From: Candidatus Woesearchaeota archaeon
GTDB lineage: Archaea > Nanobdellota > Nanobdellia > Woesearchaeales > SKGA01
Assembly: GCA_016926395.1 (NCBI GenBank)
Contig: JAFGOT010000010.1
Location: forward strand, 13,081 to 77,080
DNA length: 64,000 nucleotides
Direction of reading: 5' to 3'
Shown in pieces: positions 10,039 to 19,455 of the stretch; position 1 is the first letter of the stretch; each line of letters begins with the position of its first letter. The position numbers and the translations under genes were made by a program. Under the pieces are notes generated by a model. The model had not been told where the DNA came from. It was given only the letters and a program-made list of their open reading frames with translations, and searched no databases.

Positions 10039-10590
10039 ATTCCTAATGAGCCAGAACTTTTTCCTAATCAGCCTGATTTAAACGAGCACATTAGTAAACA
10101 TCAGAAGGAAGACTCCCCTTTTGCTCCAAAAACAGTTAAAGTAACTGATGTTGCAACCAGACTTAAGATTCTTGAAGAAAGATATGTTACTTTAAGAAAA
10201 AAAGCTCAACTTTCTGAACAAAATATTATTGAAGCAGAAAAAGATCATTTTGAAGAAATGCAACTATTAAACGAAAGCCTTCTGGATTTAAAGAAATCAC
10301 TGAAAAGTGTACTTGAAAAAATTAGTATGTTAAGTGATGAGGTTGATAATTTTGCTAAGAGAACTGATATGATTACTCTACAAAGGTATATTGAGTTTTG
10401 GGAACCAATTGATTTTGTTACTCGAAAAGAAGTTAATAATTTTCTAAGACGAAAGTTTAAAGAAGATAATATTCCTATTTCAAAAAAAACAAGTAATGAT
10501 TCTAAAGTTAAAGAAGACTCTCAATCAGAAAATAAAGAAAACAAAAAACCTAAAGTTTCTATTGAAGAAGCTTATCCAGATACTGATTAG
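10039..10590 (+). CDS. Conserved coiled-coil hypothetical protein; likely starts upstream of the called ATG at a non-AUG codon
   Basis: Frame is open from 10033 (after TGA 10030-10032) and reads as protein (DVATRLKILEERYVTLRKKAQLSEQNII). RBS GAGGTGA at 10026-10032. No in-frame ATG/GTG/TTG before 10258. Confidence 0.7.
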   Translation: MPNEPELFPNQPDLNEHISKHQKEDSPFAPKTVKVTDVATRLKILEERYVTLRKKAQLSEQNIIEAEKDHFEEMQLLNESLLDLKKSLKSVLEKISMLSDEVDNFAKRTDMITLQRYIEFWEPIDFVTRKEVNNFLRRKFKEDNIPISKKTSNDSKVKEDSQSENKENKKPKVSIEEAYPDTD

Positions 10591-10601
10591 GATTAATAAG
10601 T

Positions 10602-11027
10602 TTAATTTTGTCTGTTACCAGTTGTTGCTTTCAAATCATCAGTTATTCTTGCAAGATCCGAAACTTTTTCTGTGAATAAAGGCAACACTTTCGCAAAGAC
10701 TTTTTCCATCGCTTGTATCTCTGCTCCAACATCAAGAATGTGTTTATCATATTCTCCGACTTTACCAACAACTGCTTGATGTAATTTATCATACTCTGCT
10801 CTCAAGTCTTTGATTTCTTGTTCCATAGAAGATAATCTACTTTCCGCTACAGATTTCCAGTCAATTATTTTATTAATATCACGTAGAAGATCGTTCCACT
10901 TTTCATCTATTATCGCTTCTATTAATTCTTCATTTGTTGCTTCTGATTGCATTGGCGCTGACATTCCACCCATTGGTGGCATTCCGCCTGGCATTTGTGG
11001 AGGGGGCATCCCCATTGGTTGAACCAT
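10602..11027 (-). CDS. Coiled-coil hypothetical protein with Met/Pro/Gly-rich N-terminus
   Basis: RBS AGGTGA before ATG; heptad-rich sequence (EELIEAIIDEKW...EIKDLRAEYDKLHQ). Confidence 0.8.
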   Translation of the reverse strand: MVQPMGMPPPQMPGGMPPMGGMSAPMQSEATNEELIEAIIDEKWNDLLRDINKIIDWKSVAESRLSSMEQEIKDLRAEYDKLHQAVVGKVGEYDKHILDVGAEIQAMEKVFAKVLPLFTEKVSDLARITDDLKATTGNRQN

Positions 11028-11060
11028 AATTTACTCACCTATCGTATTAAAAGTATAAAT

Positions 11061-11678
11061 TTAACTTGGCTCGCTTGTTCGAGCAATTAATAATATTGTA
11101 AAAAAGGATATTAAAATAATTAAGAGCATCCCTAATATTTTAGGATTAAATAATGTTTGTGTCATGTTTGTTCCAAAATCATTTGTTGCGACACTTGAAC
11201 CAGTGTTAACTGATTGTGTGCCATAAGCACTTGAAGATGCGTTTTGAGTTACAGTGGTCGATGTTTGACCAGTTCCTTGTTCTAAAACCTGTTGTCCAAA
11301 AGAGTTAGATATTGATACTAATAATATTATTACAAAAGTAATTATTAAGACCCATTTTATAGCTCCTTGTTTTATTAAATCTTCAAAAAACTTTTCATCA
11401 GTTGTGAACATTCTGGCTACGAAAAATGATAAAAAGATAAAAACGATTATTACTGTAAACCAAGGTGCCATCGTTGACACCACAGATACAAATCCACTTG
11501 AAAAAGAAGATAAAAATGCAACGGTCAATGCTACAATTGCATATATTCCGTTATGGCCACTTACATCCTTGAAAATTTTTGACATGTTAAGGAAGGCATA
11601 CACTATCAAAAACACAAAAAGGAAAACAAATACGCTTGATACATGTTGAAAAAGCGCTAAATCAAGGAATGTTGCCAT
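11061..11678 (-). CDS. Multi-pass membrane protein (paralogue 1 of 3)
   Basis: Several TM segments; N-terminal F-x-F-LFVFLIVYAFL pattern shared with its two neighbours. Confidence 0.8.
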   Translation of the reverse strand: MATFLDLALFQHVSSVFVFLFVFLIVYAFLNMSKIFKDVSGHNGIYAIVALTVAFLSSFSSGFVSVVSTMAPWFTVIIVFIFLSFFVARMFTTDEKFFEDLIKQGAIKWVLIITFVIILLVSISNSFGQQVLEQGTGQTSTTVTQNASSSAYGTQSVNTGSSVATNDFGTNMTQTLFNPKILGMLLIILISFFTILLIARTSEPS

Positions 11679-11713
11679 TTTATTATTTTATCTCCAAAGT
11701 TTTTAACTCGAAT

Positions 11714-12337
11714 TTATTCTTTTTTACTGCCAACACCAGTTAGGAACTCTTCAATTCCTTTGTTTCTAGCAGCAATTCTTTTTTCTCTTGCAGCAATATC
11801 ATCTGGTTTTTTGCCATCCCCTGTGATGAATTTAATTATTAATCCAAACACTAAGATTGCAACAACTAATGGAATTATTTCGCTGCTTAGTAGTCTGTAA
11901 ACCCAAGAAGGTACATTCCACCATCCAATCGAGCCAATAAATATTAAGATAACAATAACTCCAGATGCCAAAGTAAACCATTTTCCTGGTCCTTTGCTTC
12001 CATCTGCTCTTTTACCAGTCCATAGACCAAGTGTTAGAAGAGTCATTAAGATTGCAACTAGTAATAAACTAACCTGAGGAAGTGCTCGGTTGATTATTTC
12101 TACTGCGTCAAAACCATAATAGTAATTTCCTGTTACGTGCGGTATTACTACTCCAAACGCCATAACCATTGCAATTACTGCAGAGTATTTTTTGTTTTTA
12201 TCGTCATCATCACTTAAGATTTTTGTTTTTTCAAAAATTGCAAAAACTAAAGTGAAAATCAGTATAAATGGTAAAATTACATCTAGTAATCCCCAGTTAT
12301 CTAATGTGTAAATTAAACTTTCAAAGCCGTATGCCAT
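11714..12337 (-). CDS. Multi-pass membrane protein (paralogue 2 of 3)
   Basis: LLDVILPFILIFTLVFAIFEKTKIL; RBS GGTGA before ATG 12337. Confidence 0.82.
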   Translation of the reverse strand: MAYGFESLIYTLDNWGLLDVILPFILIFTLVFAIFEKTKILSDDDDKNKKYSAVIAMVMAFGVVIPHVTGNYYYGFDAVEIINRALPQVSLLLVAILMTLLTLGLWTGKRADGSKGPGKWFTLASGVIVILIFIGSIGWWNVPSWVYRLLSSEIIPLVVAILVFGLIIKFITGDGKKPDDIAAREKRIAARNKGIEEFLTGVGSKKE

Positions 12338-12445
12338 TTTTTTCACCTTTGTAAAAAATGGTGCTCAAAAATCGTGTTGATTTTTGTTGTGCCATTTTTT
12401 TAGCCTTACATGAATATTGAGTTTTTTATTTCTCAATAATTATCG

Positions 12446-13024
12446 TTATTCTTCTTTTTTCTCTTTCTTGCCTTCAGATTTTTTATCAAATCCACCAGTG
12501 ACCCATATCATGAATCCTACAAAGACAAGTATCATCAAGATTGTTGCAACATGAGCACTTTGCCAGTTGTTAACTAAAAAGTCATATATTGCTGCTAACC
12601 ATCCTAGTGCATTAAGCGTGATCATTAATATACCGATTGCCGCTACAATAAAAAAACCAGTTTTCCATCCTTTTTCTAGTTCAAATTCTTTTTGGCCAGT
12701 ATGGGTTATTCCTACTGCCAACATAAAACTAACACCCATAACAACAATAATCATCGTGTTAGCAATTATTTCACTAATTATTCTTACTAGTTGAGCTGAT
12801 GCAATTACAAAAAAACCAATCGTAAAAGCAACCATGCTGTTTAGGTTTTTTCGAGTGTATGTGTATTCCTTTCCGTTGTGTTTTACTACTTCCAAACCTA
12901 ATATTTTTGATTTTTCTAAAAATGCAAATACTAGAGTAAAAATTAATAGGAATGGCAAAACAACATCATAGATTCCAATTTTTGCCATGAAGGCAATACT
13001 TCCAGCTAACACACTCTGCGACAT
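12446..13024 (-). CDS. Multi-pass membrane protein (paralogue 3 of 3)
   Basis: IYDVVLPFLLIFTLVFAFLEKSKIL. ATG 13024 chosen because the TATA box at 13049-13056 is too close to GTG 13039. Confidence 0.82.
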   Translation of the reverse strand: MSQSVLAGSIAFMAKIGIYDVVLPFLLIFTLVFAFLEKSKILGLEVVKHNGKEYTYTRKNLNSMVAFTIGFFVIASAQLVRIISEIIANTMIIVVMGVSFMLAVGITHTGQKEFELEKGWKTGFFIVAAIGILMITLNALGWLAAIYDFLVNNWQSAHVATILMILVFVGFMIWVTGGFDKKSEGKKEKKEE

Positions 13025-13048
13025 CTTCTTTATAACCACGCTTTCGAG

Positions 13049-13056
13049 TATTTAAA
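13049..13056 (-). promoter_or_regulatory. BRE-TATA promoter of the membrane-protein triplet
   Basis: Minus strand CCGAAACCTTTAAATACT (BRE-like CGAAA plus TATA), 25 bp from ATG 13024. Confidence 0.65.
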
Positions 13057-13193
13057 GGTTTCGGCAGGTTTTTAGTTTGAGAAAAAGAAGTAAAGAGCTT
13101 TAAAATGGCAAAAATCAAGTTTTCCACGTTTTTTAAAGAATAAACTTTGACGTGAATACTTTTATAAAGTAGGTCTTATTTATTTGCTTCAGC

Positions 13194-13796
13194 ATGGAAG
13201 ATGGTGTTAAAAATAAAAAGTTATTAATAAAAGCGTTTCAAAGTATTTCCAAGACTTATGAAAATGATGACTCCTTTCGAGAGAAAATAATCAACACCTC
13301 AAGAGAGATAATTAAACCATCCAAACAAGCAATTTATTCTATTCATAGGGATGATGTTGCTCAAGGATTAAAATTAATTAGCTTGGCTGAAAAGAATATT
13401 GAAAATGTTTTCAAAATTTACGCAAAATCAGGCCTTAAAGAAGTTGGCTCTCTAAAAGCAGCTCTTGAAGAGTATGTTGAAGCTAAAGCTTATTTTGTAT
13501 TTGTTAAAGAACAAAAAGTTATTCTTCCATCAGACCTTCCAAAAGTTGTTCATTACGAAACATATCTTTGTGGTATTGCAGATTTTACTGGAGAGATGAG
13601 TAAACGAGCAGTTGTCCTAGCCACCAAAGGCAATTTTGATGAAGTCAAAATTATTAAGAATTCTATCGAAGAAATCCATGAATTATTCTTATCATTTGAT
13701 TTTCGAAGTGGAGAACTTCGAAAAAAAGCTGAAAGCATAAAATATAATCTATCTAAAGTTGAAAGCATATTATACGATATTAGTATGCGACAGTAG
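13194..13796 (+). CDS. Translin/TRAX-family protein (archaeal C3PO-like)
   Basis: All-helical; LEEYVEA and YLCGIADFTGE acidic motifs; LRKKAESIKYNLSKVE C-terminus typical of the family. Confidence 0.85.
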   Translation: MEDGVKNKKLLIKAFQSISKTYENDDSFREKIINTSREIIKPSKQAIYSIHRDDVAQGLKLISLAEKNIENVFKIYAKSGLKEVGSLKAALEEYVEAKAYFVFVKEQKVILPSDLPKVVHYETYLCGIADFTGEMSKRAVVLATKGNFDEVKIIKNSIEEIHELFLSFDFRSGELRKKAESIKYNLSKVESILYDISMRQ

Positions 13797-13805
13797 GTGA
13801 AAAAA

Positions 13806-14414
13806 ATGGCTAAAAAAAGAAGAGTTACAAAAAAATCAAATAAAAGCATGACCATTAAAATCTTAGCAGGCGTTGCAATTCTAGCAATTGCTTTAGTATT
13901 ATTTTTTATTTTAAAATCTGATGAGGCGAAACCGTTGACAGTTACAATTGAAACTAGTATGGGAAATATTGAAGTAGAACTAAACGAAACTGCAGCACCA
14001 ATCACTGTTGCAAATTTTTTATCTTATGTTGATGAAGGATTTTATGATGGTTTAATCTTCCATCGAGTTATTGATGGGTTTATGATTCAAGGTGGAGGAA
14101 TTACTCCAGATGGTAAACAAAAAACAACCAAAGCACCTATCGTTTTAGAATCAGGAAATGGTTTGAAAAATGATCGGGGAACTATTGCAATGGCTCGAAC
14201 AAGTGACCCTAACAGCGCTACAAGTCAATTTTTTATCAACACTGTTGATAACGACTTCTTAAATAAAGGCGCACGTGATGACGGTTACGCTGTTTTTGGT
14301 AAAGTCGTTAGGGGAATGGATGTTGTCGATAAAATCGAAAAAGTCCCAACCATGGCAAACCCTCAAGACTGGCCAGTTGATGAAGTTACCATAATTTCAA
14401 TCAAAAGAAAATAA
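13806..14414 (+). CDS. ppiA: Cyclophilin-type peptidyl-prolyl cis-trans isomerase with N-terminal membrane anchor
   Basis: [38 protein letters not shown]; basic N-terminus followed by a hydrophobic helix. Confidence 0.93.
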   Translation: MAKKRRVTKKSNKSMTIKILAGVAILAIALVLFFILKSDEAKPLTVTIETSMGNIEVELNETAAPITVANFLSYVDEGFYDGLIFHRVIDGFMIQGGGITPDGKQKTTKAPIVLESGNGLKNDRGTIAMARTSDPNSATSQFFINTVDNDFLNKGARDDGYAVFGKVVRGMDVVDKIEKVPTMANPQDWPVDEVTIISIKRK

Positions 14415-14483
14415 AGAAATTTTTATTTTAATTACTTATTACAATCGTGGCGTTAGCCAGATAACTTATTGGTGAATAAAAAA

Positions 14484-16190
14484 ATGTATCGAACACACAC
14501 ATGTGGAGAACTACGTGCTAAGCACGAGAATAGTGAAGTAACCCTTGCGGGTTGGGTTCATAAAGTTAGAACTCATGGCGCATTAACCTTCGTTGATCTT
14601 AGAGATCGATATGGTATAACACAAATTACAATTAACTCCGACGATGATTTAGATACTGATTTCACCAAAGAAAGTGTTATTCAAATTAAAGGAGTAGTTG
14701 TAAAAAAACCCGAAGCGAATAAAGCATTAGAGACTGGCGAAATAGAAGTTATTGCTAAAGAAGTTAATGTTCTTAGTAAATCCGAACCTCTTCCAATTGA
14801 TAACAACGCAACTGAAGATAACAGACTAAAATACAGGTATCTTGATATTCGTAACAATGGTGTTATTGATAATTTAGCTTTTAGAAGTGAAGCTGTTCTT
14901 ACAGTAAGAAACTTTTTTAGAAGTGAAAATTTTTTAGAAATTGAAACACCTCTTCTTGTTAAATCAACACCAGAAGGAGCAAGAGATTACGTTGTTCCCT
15001 CAAGAATTAATAAAGGAATGTTTTACGCGCTTCCACAATCTCCTCAGCTTTACAAGCAAATTTTAATGATTGCAGGAGCAGACAAATATTTTCAGTTAGC
15101 AAAATGTCTTAGAGATGAAGACCTTCGAGCAGATAGACAACCAGAACACACTCAAATTGACTTTGAAATGAGTTTTGTTCATCAAGAAGATATTCAAGCT
15201 TTTGTTGAAAGATTAATGAAAGATTTATTCAAAAGAACATTAAACAAAGAACTTGATTCATTCCCTGTATTTTCTTATGATAATGCAATGGCTAGATTTG
15301 GTAGCGATAAACCTGATATTCGTTTTGGTCTAGAATTAACTGATGTTACAAAAATTGGCAAAGAAACTGACTTTGCAGTTTTCAAAGAAGCAGAAGTAGT
15401 CAACGCGATTTTTGTTGAAAAAGATTTTTCTAGAAAAGAAATCGACAAATATACTGATCTTGTTAAAACATACAGAGCTAAGGGTTTAGCTTATTCAAAA
15501 ATTGTTGATAACAAATTCGATGGTGGTGTTAGTAAATTTTTAGACGCATCAGTTCAAGAAAAAATTATCTCTGCAATTAACGCAACTGGAAAAACTGGAA
15601 CGGTATTTTTTGTAGCAGATAGGCTTCGTATCAGTCAAACAGCTCTTGGTCACCTTCGAAACAAATTAGCACTTGATTTAGAGTTATACAATAAAGATGA
15701 TTTCAAATTCTGCTGGGTTAATGATTTCCCTCTATTCTCATATAATGAAGAAGAAGATAAATGGGAACCTGAACACCACATGTTTTCTATGCCTAAACCT
15801 GAATTTGTAAATGATTTCGAATCTCGTCCGGGAGAAGTAAAAGGAGACTTATGGGATCTTGTTCTAAATGGTTGGGAAATGGCTTCTGGTTCTATTAGAG
15901 TAAGTAATCCTAAAGTTCAAGAACGAATAATGAATTTTATTGGTCTTAACAAAGAAGAAGCAAATGAAAAATTTGGTTTCCTTCTTGATGCATATAAGTA
16001 CGGCGGTCCAATCCACGGCGGCATGGGTATTGGTGTTGATAGACTTGTTGCTCTTATGCTTCAATTCACTGATATCAGAGCGGTTATGGCATTTCCAAAA
16101 AACAAGAACGCGCAGTGCCCAATGGATGACTCTCCTAACAAAATCAGCGAGATTCAACTTGACGAACTTAGCATCAGCATAAACAAATAA
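14484..16190 (+). CDS. aspS: Aspartyl-tRNA synthetase, bacterial type (with GAD insertion)
   Basis: MYRTHTCGELR, RLKYRYLDIR, GARDYVVPSR, ALPQSPQLYKQ, CLRDEDLRADRQPEHTQID, HGGMGIGVDRL; about 570 aa. Confidence 0.96.
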   Translation: MYRTHTCGELRAKHENSEVTLAGWVHKVRTHGALTFVDLRDRYGITQITINSDDDLDTDFTKESVIQIKGVVVKKPEANKALETGEIEVIAKEVNVLSKSEPLPIDNNATEDNRLKYRYLDIRNNGVIDNLAFRSEAVLTVRNFFRSENFLEIETPLLVKSTPEGARDYVVPSRINKGMFYALPQSPQLYKQILMIAGADKYFQLAKCLRDEDLRADRQPEHTQIDFEMSFVHQEDIQAFVERLMKDLFKRTLNKELDSFPVFSYDNAMARFGSDKPDIRFGLELTDVTKIGKETDFAVFKEAEVVNAIFVEKDFSRKEIDKYTDLVKTYRAKGLAYSKIVDNKFDGGVSKFLDASVQEKIISAINATGKTGTVFFVADRLRISQTALGHLRNKLALDLELYNKDDFKFCWVNDFPLFSYNEEEDKWEPEHHMFSMPKPEFVNDFESRPGEVKGDLWDLVLNGWEMASGSIRVSNPKVQERIMNFIGLNKEEANEKFGFLLDAYKYGGPIHGGMGIGVDRLVALMLQFTDIRAVMAFPKNKNAQCPMDDSPNKISEIQLDELSISINK

Positions 16191-16273
16191 GTTTATTTTT
16201 TGTTTTTTCTTTTAATTTCATTCTTCCCAAACACTTATAAACCCTCAAAGTCACTTTTTAAGTAATCTGTGGG

Positions 16274-18289
16274 TTGATTGTTGTGAAAAAAAATATTCCT
16301 TTGCGTTCGATAAAATATCAATGGGAGTCCATGATATATCGTGATGATGTAAGTCGTAAAACTTCTTTCGATCGTAAGTTTGGAACTAAAGTTATTTCTA
16401 GAAATGATGACCTAACAGCTAATCTTGTTGAATTCTTTGTTTATGCTAATGACCCTTTCAAAGAAATTTTCTTGGTTGGTTCATTTAATGAATGGGGTAA
16501 AAAGAATTTGGATGATTTCAAATTAACAGTCCAAAATGATGCTTTTCAAATTTTAAGAACTGATAAAGTTAAACATAAAGATCCATATTTATTTTTAGTA
16601 AGAAAAGACGGCCACGAGGAAGTCTTGCGTGATGTTGCTAGTTTTGCTTTTGATGATGATGGCAACTCTATCTTTTGGGATTTTGAAGATCCAACAGCTT
16701 ACAAAAAAGAATATCCTGGTCCTGATACTCTTCATCGTGCTACTAAAATTATTCAAACTGATCTGCCGGGTCTTGTTTCTCGTTGGTTTGAACTTAACAA
16801 AGATACGCCTAACACTACAGAATATGAGGGTGATTTATTTACCTACATTAAAGAATGTGGTGTTATTGAAAAAGTTAAAGATTTAGGTTTTAATACCATT
16901 CAATTTCTTCCTGTTGGTCAATCTATCGATGGTGACAACTGGAAATTTCGTTATTTAGTTCCATATCCTTTTGCTGTTCATAAAGATTGGGGAGATCCTG
17001 ATTCTTTTATGGCGATGATTGATGAATTTCACAAACACGGTATTGCAGTTATTGTTGATTTAATATTAAGTCATTGTCCTCACGTTAATTACAAAATATT
17101 TGGTTTTAACGGTGAAGATGTTGGACCTCACAAATGGCTAACTCAATGGAACGAACCTACATTCCTGCAAGATTACACTCCATGGGGCTCTATGCGTTTT
17201 CGTTACGGTGATGAAAATGTTCGTCGATATTTAACAGAGAGTGCTCTTCATTTTTCTGCAACTTATGGTGTTGATGGTTTTCGTATAGATAATGTTGATG
17301 GTATTCTTCGTCTTGGAGATCATGGTCAAGGTGATGAGAGAGCATATGGTCGTCAGTTTATGAGAGAACTAATCGCCGATGTTTATGATATTAATCCGCT
17401 TGCTTTAATCCATTTAGAATCTCATTATTTTTATGGTGATAACGCTAAAATGCTTGTTCATCCACAGGCTCTAAGTGATAGGGCTTTGGGAGCTACAGCT
17501 TATAACAGTTCAAGAATAACTTATTATTTTCACAAAGAAGTTATGCCAAAATCTGCTGAAGAAATTTCTGTTTGGAAATTTGAAAACATCAGAGAAGAAA
17601 AAGAATGGGGTGCGTCAAATTCTACAATTGCAGATTTTCACAATCACGATGCAGCTGCTGGTTTAATGCATGGGCGAGCAACAGGAAGTTATGCATACGA
17701 TGCTTTGATATTAAAGAATCCATCTCTTCATTTTCACGCTGTTGGTAAAATTAAATTTATGGAAGCAATCATCGCTTTTGGTTGTGAAGGTAGAATACTA
17801 GATTTACTTCAATCATTTTTATTACAGATGGGAACCTTTGAACATGATAGTAGTATTCACTGGGGTCTTCTTAATGATAATCCTGAAAGTGTAAAAGTTG
17901 TTAATTACAAAAAAGCCGTTAATGAACTTCTAGAACGACCAGCATTTTGGGTTGAAAATACTTTGTATAGACAATTTGTTAATGTTGATGAAACAAATAA
18001 AGTTCTTGTCATTCGTCGTGTTGATAAAACACAAGATACGAATGAAGATTATTATATTCTAATTAATCTTTCAAGTAAATCTTGTCCAAACTATGCTATC
18101 GGTGTTGAAAAAAAAGGAACTTATGAAGTTGTTCTTGATAGTGATGCAGAATTTTTTGCAGGAACAAACACCTCAATGTTAAATAAAGAATATGAAAGTA
18201 CTAAGAGTTCTAGTTTTGCTCATTTCTCTTGGGAAATTAAATTAAATAATGTGGCTCCATACCACGTTGTTGTTTTGAAACGAAAATGA
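16274..18289 (+). CDS. GH13 alpha-amylase-family enzyme, 1,4-alpha-glucan branching-enzyme-like
   Basis: TIQFLPV, GIAVIVDLILSH, GVDGFRIDNV (nucleophile D), HLESH (acid/base E), FHNHD (third acid), C-terminal GTYEVVLDSD. Start codon uncertain. Confidence 0.82.
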   Translation: MIVVKKNIPLRSIKYQWESMIYRDDVSRKTSFDRKFGTKVISRNDDLTANLVEFFVYANDPFKEIFLVGSFNEWGKKNLDDFKLTVQNDAFQILRTDKVKHKDPYLFLVRKDGHEEVLRDVASFAFDDDGNSIFWDFEDPTAYKKEYPGPDTLHRATKIIQTDLPGLVSRWFELNKDTPNTTEYEGDLFTYIKECGVIEKVKDLGFNTIQFLPVGQSIDGDNWKFRYLVPYPFAVHKDWGDPDSFMAMIDEFHKHGIAVIVDLILSHCPHVNYKIFGFNGEDVGPHKWLTQWNEPTFLQDYTPWGSMRFRYGDENVRRYLTESALHFSATYGVDGFRIDNVDGILRLGDHGQGDERAYGRQFMRELIADVYDINPLALIHLESHYFYGDNAKMLVHPQALSDRALGATAYNSSRITYYFHKEVMPKSAEEISVWKFENIREEKEWGASNSTIADFHNHDAAAGLMHGRATGSYAYDALILKNPSLHFHAVGKIKFMEAIIAFGCEGRILDLLQSFLLQMGTFEHDSSIHWGLLNDNPESVKVVNYKKAVNELLERPAFWVENTLYRQFVNVDETNKVLVIRRVDKTQDTNEDYYILINLSSKSCPNYAIGVEKKGTYEVVLDSDAEFFAGTNTSMLNKEYESTKSSSFAHFSWEIKLNNVAPYHVVVLKRK

Positions 18290-19455
18290 GATACCATCAT
18301 CAACAAAGCAAACACATCAAGGCAATTCATTCTCTTGGCCTTAACGCTACTTTAATTGGTTTAGCTTATGCCGCCGTAGAAACAGTTTGGTCAATCTATA
18401 TTTATTCTTTTTTTCCAAATGAAAGTCAAATGGGTTTTGTTTCTGCAATTTTTTCTCTGGCAACACTTGCTAGTTTATTGTTTGCATTTCCTTTGTTTAA
18501 AAAATTTAGTCCTCATAAATTATTGTTTGCTTCAGTTGGAATAAACTCAATTATCTTAGCGCTCTTCGCCCACATTCACAGTCCAATAATGCTTATAATA
18601 TTTGGTACACTTAACGCAATACTAATAGGTGTAAGAGTTCAAGCATTTGGTGTTTTATTAAGACATAATAGTACTAATAAAAAAATATTTACTGACGAAA
18701 AGTATGTTTATCTTTTGATGAACATTGGTTGGATCATTGGTCCTTTAGTTGCTGGCTATATTGCAAATACAATAGCGACCAGAGCAGTAATGGTCTTTGC
18801 TTCAATAGCATTACTTCTTTCAGTATATTCAATAACTTACAATCAAAAAACGTTCAGAAAAGAAAAACAGGAACTCAAAGAACACATAAGCATAATTCTT
18901 AATATTAAAGATTTTTTCAGAAATAAAAAAAGAATTCTTGCATATTGTTTAAGTGGTGGTCTTGAGGTTTGGTGGGCAATACCATATATTTTTCTTCCCG
19001 TAATTATGATAGAACTTTACGGATTTAACATTAAAACTGTAGGGATGTTTTTGTTTGCAATAGAAATTCCTTTAATAATTACAGAATATATAATGCAAAA
19101 AAAAGACATAAAGAATATTCGAAAAATAATGGGGATTGGTTTTTTTATAGCCTCAGCAATGGCTCTTATCGCAGGATTAACAGGCAACATATACATTATT
19201 TTAGGTGCTTTTGTAACAGGTAGTTTTGGTATTGGTTTTGTTGAACCAAATGTTGAAAGTTTTTTCTTTAGTATAACTAAAGAAAAGGAAAGTGAAAGAT
19301 TTTATGGTTCTTTTATGACTGCTAAACAAGTTGGTTCTTTTGTTGGAAAAGCAATAGTTGCTACAATTCTTCTTACCCTCCCAATACAAGTAGGTATTTT
19401 ATCTGTTGGTTTAGTGGTTTTTATTTTAGGAATTTGGAGCATTAAAGGAAAATGA
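18286..19455 (+). CDS. MFS transporter
   Basis: About 12 TM helices, 389 aa; ATGA overlap with the GH13 gene. Confidence 0.85.
   Translation: MRYHHQQSKHIKAIHSLGLNATLIGLAYAAVETVWSIYIYSFFPNESQMGFVSAIFSLATLASLLFAFPLFKKFSPHKLLFASVGINSIILALFAHIHSPIMLIIFGTLNAILIGVRVQAFGVLLRHNSTNKKIFTDEKYVYLLMNIGWIIGPLVAGYIANTIATRAVMVFASIALLLSVYSITYNQKTFRKEKQELKEHISIILNIKDFFRNKKRILAYCLSGGLEVWWAIPYIFLPVIMIELYGFNIKTVGMFLFAIEIPLIITEYIMQKKDIKNIRKIMGIGFFIASAMALIAGLTGNIYIILGAFVTGSFGIGFVEPNVESFFFSITKEKESERFYGSFMTAKQVGSFVGKAIVATILLTLPIQVGILSVGLVVFILGIWSIKGK

Noticed and set aside
12310-12395. 24-codon minus-strand ORF (MAQQKSTRFLS...) between membrane paralogues 2 and 3
   Set aside because: Overlaps the RBS and start of the next gene out of frame; no supporting features.
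13553-14005. 150-aa minus-strand ORF
   Set aside because: Antisense to translin and cyclophilin, both motif-supported.
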